NCBI GenBank assembly: GCA_048886185.1
Contig: JBHLKY010000006.1
Span: 60,001-92,000, forward strand
Direction: 5' to 3'
DNA length: 32,000 nt
Source: Candidatus Hermodarchaeota archaeon
GTDB taxonomy: Archaea > Asgardarchaeota > Heimdallarchaeia > Hodarchaeales > Hodarchaeaceae
Shown piece by piece: positions 7,725-16,340 of the stretch. The notes beneath the pieces are model-generated. The model saw only the letters and a list, made by a program, of their open reading frames with translations. It was not told where the DNA came from and ran no database searches. The stretch's first letter is position 1, and every line of letters begins with the position of its first letter. The position numbers were made by a program, and so were the translations under genes.

Positions 7725-8616
7725 GGGGAGGCATGAGTATCATGCAGGAATGACAGTCGAATCAAATCGAACTAATCGAACCATCATATAAGAAGCTTTC
7801 TCAAACTACTTTCCTTTATATATATATAATTATTTTATAATGAGAAAGTGAAGCTAATATGATCATGATAACTTCATGAAATAGCCATCGAATTAATTTC
7901 TAGGGTACTACCTAGGAGCTTCACTTACTTCAAATGCCAGCCTCACTGCTTATCGTTGTTATTCTCTTCCTGTGACAACTTCCCTATTCACTTCATGAAC
8001 ACGTACAGATCCTCTCCAAAACTTGGAGACGTTTCCACGATTCTAGGGATTCCTTTTTCCTCCTGGTTCTCGTTTACTTCCATATGTATCGTTAAATTCT
8101 CTTCTATCACAAAGATATTCCTTAAAATCATTTAGAAACTTACATTCTGCCATATCAATCGCACTCTTTATTAATAAGAGAATAGGCTCTCTTTGAAGAA
8201 ATCATGTTTAATTCTGATCTCCCAAAGGTTCGAGAACTCCAACAAACTTCAGCTTTTATATACATGTATTATTTCTAAGAATCAATTTAGATTTAGATTC
8301 TACAAGTTCATATAATTAAGTCTAAAATAGTAATCTTTATTTTCCTCGGTTATCAATATACCTATTTTTCGGAGAGTACTAGGATTAATACTGACAATAT
8401 CTATCTTGGTGGCAGTCTTGGTGACGTATAACTCGTTCTAAGTCTGTGGATCGCTTATTTCCAGAAATTATTTATACAAAATGGTTTATCAAAAAGTGTC
8501 GTCTCTCCGATTTTCACGGATTTCTGAGTTCCAAGTATTTATAGATTTCCTTACTGGCAGCTCCTATTGCCTGATCACATATCTATAAAAAATATCTGAT
8601 TGAACCAAGACCCATC

Positions 8617-9975
8617 ATGTTGATCAATAAGATTTTAGGGACTCAAGAATTACCGTCTCAAGCTCAATACTACATGCGAGTATTTTTGTATCTTAGCATG
8701 ATAATCTCCTTTTTAGGGAGTTTATCCAGTACCTTTTACGTTCTCTTTAGTATTGATCATATTGGGTTTGCCCTTACCGCTGTCTGTACTAGTATCATGT
8801 TAGCAACCCAATTACTGTTTGATTATCCTTCTGGTGCATTAGGGGATTGGATTGGCCAACGCTGGGTCTTAGCGATCGCGTTTATTTTTTATGGTATCTC
8901 TTTTCTTTTTCTAATGTCGGCTCAAACGATGTCTGATTTTACAATAATTGCAGTGATTAATGGATTTGGGAATGCTCAATCATCTGGTACCTTTGCTACG
9001 TGGGTAGATAACAATTATCGTGTTGCAGTCGGTAATGCTGATCCTGACAGGAAGATTTATGGTTTTTCAACATCTCGTGTTAATTCTCTTAACAATTTTG
9101 CACTAGCAGCCTCATTTTTGATAGGAGGAACACTAGCTACACTTATTTCTCGTCGAATTGTCTTTTCCCTACAATTTGGATTAACAATCATCATTGTTTT
9201 CCTCGTTCTCTTGTATTTAAAAAACATCAAAATGGACAATCACATCCAAGTGGAGTCTTTCGAGGAAAATTCATTAAATCTTTCCAATTATTTCAAATAT
9301 TTAAAAGGGGGTGTTCAATTTCTCTTCTCCAGTAAGGCAGCTTTCCTCTTTCTCTTTGGAAATGCCATTTTTAATGTCACTTGGATGATTTGGGGTGGAT
9401 TGGTGTTATTTCCGTTATACTTTGGCTATACTGGCACCGATGCCCTTGCTGGTTTACTCCGTACCACCCTTTTTCTAGCTGGTATCCCGCTTTCATTTTA
9501 TATCGCGCATATAAACAAGCGAATTTCGAATGATAGACTCCCCATTTTTCTTTTCCTAAGTGCAATTTCATTTTTCCCTTCTTTTATACTTTTAACTCTC
9601 TTTATGCCTCCTACAAATGAATTTAATGTGTTAGGAATTGTTCTGACATTTATTCTCCTCTGGACAATTGTTGGTACAACTTTCAATATTGCTCAAACAT
9701 TAATCCAACGTATCATGATTGACTTTGTCCCATCTGAATACCGAAATTCTGTTTATTCCTTGATGCCAACCATTTTTTCCCTTATTGGTATCCCTGTGGT
9801 TCCCATGGCTGGAATTGTTATTGAAAATCATGGTTTGTCTGCAGGAATCTTTACTGCTGGCATTGTATGTATTATCGGGTCGTTATTAATCTCTTTTAGT
9901 GTCCATCTCATATATAGACAGCAAACTAAAGCAATCGAGCGCCAGGTGACTGATATTCAAGTAATCGCTCGCTAA
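8617..9975 (+). CDS. MFS transporter
   Basis: About 12 hydrophobic segments; MFS motif A-like FDYPSGALGDWIGQRW; QRIMIDFVPSEYRNSVYSL. Confidence 0.92.
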   Translation: MLINKILGTQELPSQAQYYMRVFLYLSMIISFLGSLSSTFYVLFSIDHIGFALTAVCTSIMLATQLLFDYPSGALGDWIGQRWVLAIAFIFYGISFLFLMSAQTMSDFTIIAVINGFGNAQSSGTFATWVDNNYRVAVGNADPDRKIYGFSTSRVNSLNNFALAASFLIGGTLATLISRRIVFSLQFGLTIIIVFLVLLYLKNIKMDNHIQVESFEENSLNLSNYFKYLKGGVQFLFSSKAAFLFLFGNAIFNVTWMIWGGLVLFPLYFGYTGTDALAGLLRTTLFLAGIPLSFYIAHINKRISNDRLPIFLFLSAISFFPSFILLTLFMPPTNEFNVLGIVLTFILLWTIVGTTFNIAQTLIQRIMIDFVPSEYRNSVYSLMPTIFSLIGIPVVPMAGIVIENHGLSAGIFTAGIVCIIGSLLISFSVHLIYRQQTKAIERQVTDIQVIAR

Positions 9976-10197
9976 ATCTCAGAAAAAGAGTGTAGTCAAT
10001 TCAATTTTTAATTGCATCTCTAGAATTACAGCTATCTAGATGAGATAAAGTTAGGTATATTAATCTCCATCCTTATTACGGGTGAAATTCTGTTAACACC
10101 AGATTCATCAACATGACTTATTAATTTCACATTCCCATCCAATATATCTATTGATAAAGAATTACCGTGGATTGTCTTTGATTGGTTTCTGCTAGAG

Positions 10198-10617
10198 TTA
10201 TGTAGTAACTGTAAATGTCAAAAACACCAATGTGGGGATTTTTGTTTGAATTCTTTTGTAGTGATAGATGAAGTAGCTGCTTCGTCCCTTATACGTTTCT
10301 AGCAGGAATGGTGAGGAAGTGGTCATCCCCAAGATCGTTTCTATAACCCATTGTTCAAGTTTCTCCCCGAGGAGAATATATTGGCTCTTTCTCTTCTGAA
10401 AAATGAATGGGAGCTTCAGTTGATCAAATAATGAGGTGGGAACTAGCTGTTTTAGGAATTCCAGTTCCCCCATTTCCACCATTGATTCCTCCCCGTTGTT
10501 GAGCTCAATGACTGGCTGTATGAGCAGAGTATTTAACGATTTTTTTGTTTTAGGCAATGATCCAAGAATTTTTGCTTTTTCACCTTTCCATAATCCTTCC
10601 AACACTTTTCGTGACAT
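10198..10617 (-). CDS. DUF61 (UPF0216)-like archaeal protein
   Basis: Start reassigned to ATG 10617 (MSRKVLEG); LPKTKKSLNTLL..PVI..NNGEES..EMGELEFL...LKLPF...LGEK...IPT pattern of DUF61. Confidence 0.72.
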   Translation of the reverse strand: MSRKVLEGLWKGEKAKILGSLPKTKKSLNTLLIQPVIELNNGEESMVEMGELEFLKQLVPTSLFDQLKLPFIFQKRKSQYILLGEKLEQWVIETILGMTTSSPFLLETYKGRSSYFIYHYKRIQTKIPTLVFLTFTVTT

Positions 10618-10660
10618 CACATATCGTCTTCTTGTTAAAATTGTGATTTTCCACTTGTGG

Positions 10661-11368
10661 TTAACGCCGACGACGTAACTTGATATCAGGTTTCGTTGCA
10701 GTATCTTCGGCCTTTGAGACTGACTCGGTAAGTTTTCGCAGCTCTTTGATCTGATCTTTCTCTTTCTGTATAGTTTTTTCTCGTACTGCTGAACTCTTTG
10801 TCTTTTCTGAAAGTGCCGATTTATATGTCCGTGATGAACGAACCGACCACACAATAAACCCTCCACCACCGATAATTATTCCACCCACAATTAAAAGAGC
10901 ATAAGTCATATCTCGGTTGGGATCTGAAGCACTAGGAGTCTCAGTTGGCTGCTCTGAAGCATCATAGTGAATTTTTAATAGTCGAATGCGGTAGTAGAGA
11001 TCTTCGTCTCCGTACGCATCCTCGGCTGGTATCATAAAGTCTTTATTTTCACCAACATTCATTCCAATGATTGCATCAATAAAACTCTGTAGATAGACAT
11101 TCTGAAGATCCGCTGCCACCTCCGCAGGTAAAGCGACATATACATCTCTGGGCACTTTTTCATTTTGATTTCGTCTGAGATATACATATGACAAAACAAC
11201 GTCAATATTTCCTGGCTTTTCGATTGTGTGCTCTTCATCTAACCAGAGAGAATAATTCACATCAATCACATCTCCCCAGTCAGCAGGATCTGCTGCCCAA
11301 ACGAACCCAATGCTTAATGCCCAGAAACTTATAATTATTGATAATAATACGAGTTGTGTGTACTTCAC
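10661..11368 (-). CDS. Membrane-anchored, exported FKBP-type peptidyl-prolyl isomerase-like protein
   Basis: Signal peptide, GDVIDVNYSLWL, FIDAIIGMNVGENKDFMIPAEDAYG (FKBP core), TM LLIVGGIIIGGGGFIVW, basic cytoplasmic tail. Confidence 0.8.
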   Translation of the reverse strand: MKYTQLVLLSIIISFWALSIGFVWAADPADWGDVIDVNYSLWLDEEHTIEKPGNIDVVLSYVYLRRNQNEKVPRDVYVALPAEVAADLQNVYLQSFIDAIIGMNVGENKDFMIPAEDAYGDEDLYYRIRLLKIHYDASEQPTETPSASDPNRDMTYALLIVGGIIIGGGGFIVWSVRSSRTYKSALSEKTKSSAVREKTIQKEKDQIKELRKLTESVSKAEDTATKPDIKLRRRR

Positions 11369-11655
11369 AGTTTCATCGCCTTATTCTATCTTACTCAGGG
11401 GCCTTTCTTTTGTGTACTTTAACTTTTTTTTACTGGGTGAATATAATTATGTTTTTATAAAATATGAAAATAAATCAAATGGATCCCGATAATGAGGTAT
11501 CCGTACTTGTTATAGCTGATCGTTAAGAGAGATTTGAGAACATTATATTAAACGTAATCGATATCAAGATAATCAAATCATTAAAAGGATTTTTTCAATG
11601 ATTATAGCTCTTTTTTCGCCATCATCACCCATATTAATACTTTAGGTTGAGCTGT

Positions 11656-12244
11656 GTGGAAAACAGTAATTGTTACAACATTCTAGCTATTGATGAAGAT
11701 AATACTGAATGCATGATAATTATTAAACATAATTCTTGAAAAATCTCTCCCTAGTGAGATCATAGTATTTTGGTTTGAGAATGGAGTTGATACTCTAGAG
11801 TTTCTTGACCTTAAATCATCCTCTCCTATCTCGATGATATTATTAGAGATTGAAAACATGTCTACTAATGGTCTGGTAAATTTAAAATTTATAACTGTAA
11901 TTTACAACTTAGATTTCCAACGAGTAAAAGATAGAGCAGAGGCTGTCGAAATGATTATTCAAGAAGGTTTAGGCCCTGATCCAATCCTTTTAGTTATTAA
12001 TATGCCACGAATGAATGGTTTTGATGTATTAAAGATTCTAAAACGCAACAATGAGACCAAATATATCCCTAATGCAATTTTGTCAACCTCTGCGAATAAA
12101 AAAGATATCTCACGTGCGTATTCACTTGGAACATATTGTTATATAGTCAAAGAAGTAGAAATCATCGAATTTCAAAGTAAAATACAGAGTATTCCAATAT
12201 ATTGGCTTTGTACGAATACTATCCCTCAGATTGTTCCGAATTGA
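11656..12244 (+). pseudogene. Frameshifted, degenerate tandem response-regulator receiver (CheY-like) gene
   Basis: GTG 11656 frame gives YNILAIDEDNTECMII and stops. A +1 shift near 11720-11726 continues NIILEKS...FENGVDTLEFL...MILLEIENMSTNG into the tracked ORF, which carries a second half-receiver (PDPILLVINMPRMNG...ILSTS...YIVK). Confidence 0.62.
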
Positions 12245-12377
12245 TAACTTAATCTTTGATTTGTGATGTCAAATGTATTATATGTTGGTTTGTCTTTACT
12301 TTAGCTAACACAGATTTCTTGAGACCAATATTATTCTTGATGTGAAATCTTTAGAATTAATACAAGGTGATTAGATT

Positions 12378-13157
12378 ATGAACAAAAAATCATCAGATCT
12401 TGTTTTTAGAACAGATCCAGAAAAAACTGTTTGTGAATGTTCAACAGACATAAGCCCTGATTGGGTTGTTGTTGGTTTTCCTGGACATGGATTAGTTGGT
12501 AATATCGCTGCTAAGCATGTTATAAAAGAACTTGAGATGGAGTGGATCGGATCAATTCGTTCTCCTCTCATCCCTCCTATATCTGTTTTCATTGATGGTG
12601 TTCTAGCTTATCCGTACAGAATCTATGGTAGTAAAATACATAAATTTGTTGTTCTCATTGGCGAGTCTCCCTGTCCACCTCAAGCCTATTATTTTCTTGC
12701 CCATGCAATGTTAGAATGGGCAATTGATATTGGAGCTAAACAAGTTATTTGCTTAGATGGATTTGTTGCAGATTCTTTTGATGAGAAGAGCGATAAAGTC
12801 TTTTTAGTAGCTGAACCTCAAGCGTACGAGAAAGACTCCAATCTGATGAAATTCGATCTTCCTAAACCCCATACAGGATTTATTGCTGGCCTCTCTGGTG
12901 CAATAATGAATGAAGCCTTACTTACATCAATAGAAGGCTTTTCACTACTTGTTCCAGTGACAACTCCGTATCCTGATCCGGGTGGGGCTGCAAAACTTAT
13001 TAATGCAATTAATCAGATAAAAGGGCTTGAGATTGATACCTCTAAACTCCTTAAAGATGCAGAGAAGATTCAGAAATCTCTTATGGAACTAGCTGAACGG
13101 AATCGACAGTTGACTCAAGGAGAAGGAATAGAACCAAGTAAAGGTTTGTATGTCTGA
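12378..13157 (+). CDS. PAC2-family proteasome assembly chaperone (PbaA/PbaB-like) with C-terminal HbYX
   Basis: VVGFPGHGLVGNIAAKHVI, PYPDPGGAAKLI; ends GLYV; AAGGTGA RBS. Confidence 0.92.
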   Translation: MNKKSSDLVFRTDPEKTVCECSTDISPDWVVVGFPGHGLVGNIAAKHVIKELEMEWIGSIRSPLIPPISVFIDGVLAYPYRIYGSKIHKFVVLIGESPCPPQAYYFLAHAMLEWAIDIGAKQVICLDGFVADSFDEKSDKVFLVAEPQAYEKDSNLMKFDLPKPHTGFIAGLSGAIMNEALLTSIEGFSLLVPVTTPYPDPGGAAKLINAINQIKGLEIDTSKLLKDAEKIQKSLMELAERNRQLTQGEGIEPSKGLYV

Positions 13158-13173
13158 AAAAGTCTTTATTGGA

Positions 13174-13683
13174 TTAGCGGTCACTTCGCCAGTCAAGTAG
13201 GCAATCCCAATTATCGAAGTACTCTTTCAGAGATTTAGCCAAAGCTTTAGATATTTTGTTGGTGGATTGCTGATTTAGAATTTGAAGATCAGAAAAGGGT
13301 AGTTCAATTATCCATTTATCTTCTTTGGTTTTCATTTTATGCTTCTTTACCAATTTTAAAAACTTTTTAGATTCTATCACAATGTGATGTTTCTCTACAA
13401 TCTCATCTTTGCCTGGTAGACGAACAGCTAAGATGATAAAGCTTTCATTGTTCATAAAAAACCCAATTTCAAGCTCCCAGACAACCTCACTTTCTTTTCG
13501 GACGCCTGTACAGACTTTAATGTCAGCATAGCGCACACGATCCCCATTTTCTGAACGAATGATCATATCAACTTTACCTGTGGTTGTATATGGACTGAAT
13601 GACTCCACACCCATTTGATATAATTTCACTTGGGTATCTAGCTCATCTATTCCTTCCAAGCTAAAATTTTCATCGGAATCCAT
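13174..13683 (-). CDS. Putative PD-(D/E)xK nuclease-fold protein
   Basis: GIDE...L..MGVESFSP....KVDMII....YADIKV resembles the E...PD/VD...(D/E)xK core. Confidence 0.55.
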   Translation of the reverse strand: MDSDENFSLEGIDELDTQVKLYQMGVESFSPYTTTGKVDMIIRSENGDRVRYADIKVCTGVRKESEVVWELEIGFFMNNESFIILAVRLPGKDEIVEKHHIVIESKKFLKLVKKHKMKTKEDKWIIELPFSDLQILNQQSTNKISKALAKSLKEYFDNWDCLLDWRSDR

Positions 13684-14163
13684 TCACATAATGGCCCCTA
13701 GTTGTCCCTTCATAATCAAAAGTATAAATGTATCGGAAAAATTAATGTCAATTAATTTTTGGATGGCCTCATTTCAGTGTAATTCAACGAGATTTCTCAA
13801 AGTTTTAATTAATAAAAACTTTTTGAAATTTATTTCACAGAGGAGAGATTTTCTTATTCAAGAGAAATACACAACATGTTACTAATAATAAACTGCTACA
13901 TAAATCCTTAGTTAAAAAAGCGATCTCTTATAAGTTTGGTAATTGCATGAATTTTCGTGTGTAGATAGATTAAAATATTGATTTGAGGTATGGTTATAAC
14001 TTCACATTTAGTTATTGGAATAGGAATGATCTCTAACGTAGCATGGTGAATGTACAAAGTAGGTATTATAGAATTCAAAACAGAGCAACTAGTGTCATAA
14101 TTAAGCAAAGATTATCTATAATGCTTGGTGTTAATGTGTACAAATCTTTTAATCAGGAATGGT

Positions 14164-15141
14164 TCAAGAAGTGGGATTAGAAAACAAGGTTAACCGTTGA
14201 TGGCACATAGGGCATTGATTGAAAACTTTTAACCACTCTAGTAAGTGATTTCGGTGAAAGGAGTTTTGGCACGAAGGACATTCCACAATATCTTCATCTG
14301 GTTCAATGATGTAACGACATATTACACAATGTTTGTCATATTTTTGAGAGTTCTCCCACGATATACCTTCAACCACACTCCCCTTATAGGGACGTTCTAC
14401 TGTTAAGATCAAACTACCACGTTTATTATGATCTAAACTTCCACCAACCTCACCTTGAGATAAAATATGATCAATTATCTGTTGAAATAAATAATCATCC
14501 ACTATCTGATCTTGAATATGCTTTTGGACTTTGAAAAATAAGTAATCATACTCAATTTCGTTCCGAGGCCGAGAAAGTTGTATATTGATAGTGGTTAAAA
14601 TCCTCTGTCGTATTTCAGCTAAAAATATAATATTGGCACGCTTTTTTCTTATTTCTTTTTTAGCTTCATCTAATGATTTGATAATTTCTTTTAACTCCCT
14701 TTGAATCCGTGAATTGTGAATAGGAGAGGAATTCATTGAGATTTCTTCTGAGGTAAGAGAATAGATACCTTCCATTTCCGAATTAAGGTCATCCACCTCT
14801 TTGAGAGCTGCTTTCAATGTAAATATCGTTTGCAGCGGTTCTATCATTATAGCACGAACTGCTGCCTGTTGTACATCAAATCGCCGATTAACTAGCTCCT
14901 CTAAATACCGCGAGGTTTCTATAAAAAAAGGTTGACGCATTTTTTTATTTACAAAGTATGAAATTAAGACACTTACCCCGAATCCTCCCAAAAATGCAAA
15001 TTTATCGGTATTAGACGACACTCCAGCCCCAATAGCTCCTACGAAAAGGATTCCTCCAATACAAGTCAGTACAAAGATGATTACATTCCCAGATGTCTTG
15101 TTTCGAGACAATCGAGAGAGCTTTGTGACACTTGTAGCCAT
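14164..15141 (-). CDS. Membrane-anchored RING-like zinc-finger protein (putative E3 ligase-like)
   Basis: Two N-terminal TM segments, a coiled coil, and C-terminal C-x2-C-x12-C-x2-C-x4-H-x2-H-x3-W-x6-C-x2-C. Confidence 0.85.
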   Translation of the reverse strand: MATSVTKLSRLSRNKTSGNVIIFVLTCIGGILFVGAIGAGVSSNTDKFAFLGGFGVSVLISYFVNKKMRQPFFIETSRYLEELVNRRFDVQQAAVRAIMIEPLQTIFTLKAALKEVDDLNSEMEGIYSLTSEEISMNSSPIHNSRIQRELKEIIKSLDEAKKEIRKKRANIIFLAEIRQRILTTINIQLSRPRNEIEYDYLFFKVQKHIQDQIVDDYLFQQIIDHILSQGEVGGSLDHNKRGSLILTVERPYKGSVVEGISWENSQKYDKHCVICRYIIEPDEDIVECPSCQNSFHRNHLLEWLKVFNQCPMCHQRLTLFSNPTS

Positions 15142-15276
15142 TATTGCACCTTAATGTATATCTTAATAATTGAAATTTCCTCTAATTTCTTTATGTACAA
15201 GAATTTATTAAAAACTAGTCTAGAAAAACGATCCGCAAAGAATTAGGCGTTATTGATCTATTGATTTTTAGTTTTT

Positions 15277-16221
15277 TCAGTGAAATTGTTCAAAATAGTC
15301 TGACTTAATTAAGGAATTTTCATAATTCCTAGTAATTCTGGTATCAGGAAGAACAACACAGTTCTGTAAAACAACTTTTTTTCCAATAATCGAGTTATCT
15401 CCAAGAATGGAGTTCTTAATGATAGCTGATTCGTCAATATAGACATTTTCCCCCATCAAATTTCCATTAACTTTCCCCTTGATTGTTTCATGCAGAAGCT
15501 CAAGGTTAAAATGCCATAAATCACGGGCTGTACTGATATGACAGACTCGTCTGGCAAGTAATCCACCTACCTGATGACCTTGGTGTATTGCTTTATTTAT
15601 TGCAGAAGCTAATTCATACTCACCTCGTGCGCTTTTTTCAATATCTCTTAACATATTGAAGAATGATTTTGAAAATATATATAGAGCTGCTGAATTTAGA
15701 TCACTTAGTATTTCTGCAGGAGTTTGGGGTTTTTCTCGCACCTGATAAACCCGTCCATCCCTGTAATCAACTGTAGAGGATTCTTTCATCAAATCAAAAC
15801 CCATTTTTTCGAGGGAAAGCGTAATGATGTTTTCTTCTCTAAGATGAGTATTCTTTAATTGCTTCAAGAAAGACGCGGAAAAAAGTGAATCCCCTGCAAT
15901 GACCAAGAAATCCTTTGTAGTAAGATGATTCTCAATCTGTAAAACCGCGTGGGCGGTTCCCAACGCCTCTTCCTGGATGATAAAAATTGGATTCAGGTCT
16001 GGAAAGGCAGTATTAATATAGGAAGGAATAATCTGGTCATTTTTTCGAATTACAACACCAATATCTGAAATATGAGCCTGTATAAGACGTGATATTGAAT
16101 GAAATATGATTGGTTTATTGAGTAAAGGTAATATCGGTTTGGGAGTGCCATAAGAAAATGGATACATCCGAGTTCCTTCACCTGCAGCTAAAATAAAAGC
16201 TGAAATACTCATTTTCTTCAT
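15277..16221 (-). CDS. Sugar-1-phosphate nucleotidyltransferase (RmlA/GlmU-like) with short left-handed beta-helix
   Basis: ILAAGEGTRM.P...PKPILP, QEEALGTAHAV, EKP, SARGEYEL, C-terminal hexapeptide repeats. Confidence 0.9.
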   Translation of the reverse strand: MKKMSISAFILAAGEGTRMYPFSYGTPKPILPLLNKPIIFHSISRLIQAHISDIGVVIRKNDQIIPSYINTAFPDLNPIFIIQEEALGTAHAVLQIENHLTTKDFLVIAGDSLFSASFLKQLKNTHLREENIITLSLEKMGFDLMKESSTVDYRDGRVYQVREKPQTPAEILSDLNSAALYIFSKSFFNMLRDIEKSARGEYELASAINKAIHQGHQVGGLLARRVCHISTARDLWHFNLELLHETIKGKVNGNLMGENVYIDESAIIKNSILGDNSIIGKKVVLQNCVVLPDTRITRNYENSLIKSDYFEQFH

Positions 16222-16340
16222 TTCACTTGACTTGACAATTATTTTATCTATTTCAATTGTTAAAAATTTATAAGATGTATTGCTGATATTTTGTTTAAAG
16301 ATAAAATAATCTTTCTTTCTTCTTATGGGAGAATAAAAAA

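Noticed and set aside
7660-7760. GC-richer tract as a tRNA or other structured RNA
   Set aside because: One strand is almost all purine, so there is no self-complementarity, and no tRNA T-loop or acceptor stem is visible.
9057-9686. Minus-strand ORFs inside the MFS gene
   Set aside because: Antisense shadows.
10618-10869. N-terminal 84 codons of ORF 10198..10869, and ORFs 10436..10678 and 11310..11492
   Set aside because: They overlap real genes; DUF61 similarity begins only at MSRKV.
13691-14108. ORFs 13691..13885 (+) and 13908..14108 (-)
   Set aside because: Short, AT-rich and without motifs or convincing RBS; probably promoter/terminator DNA.
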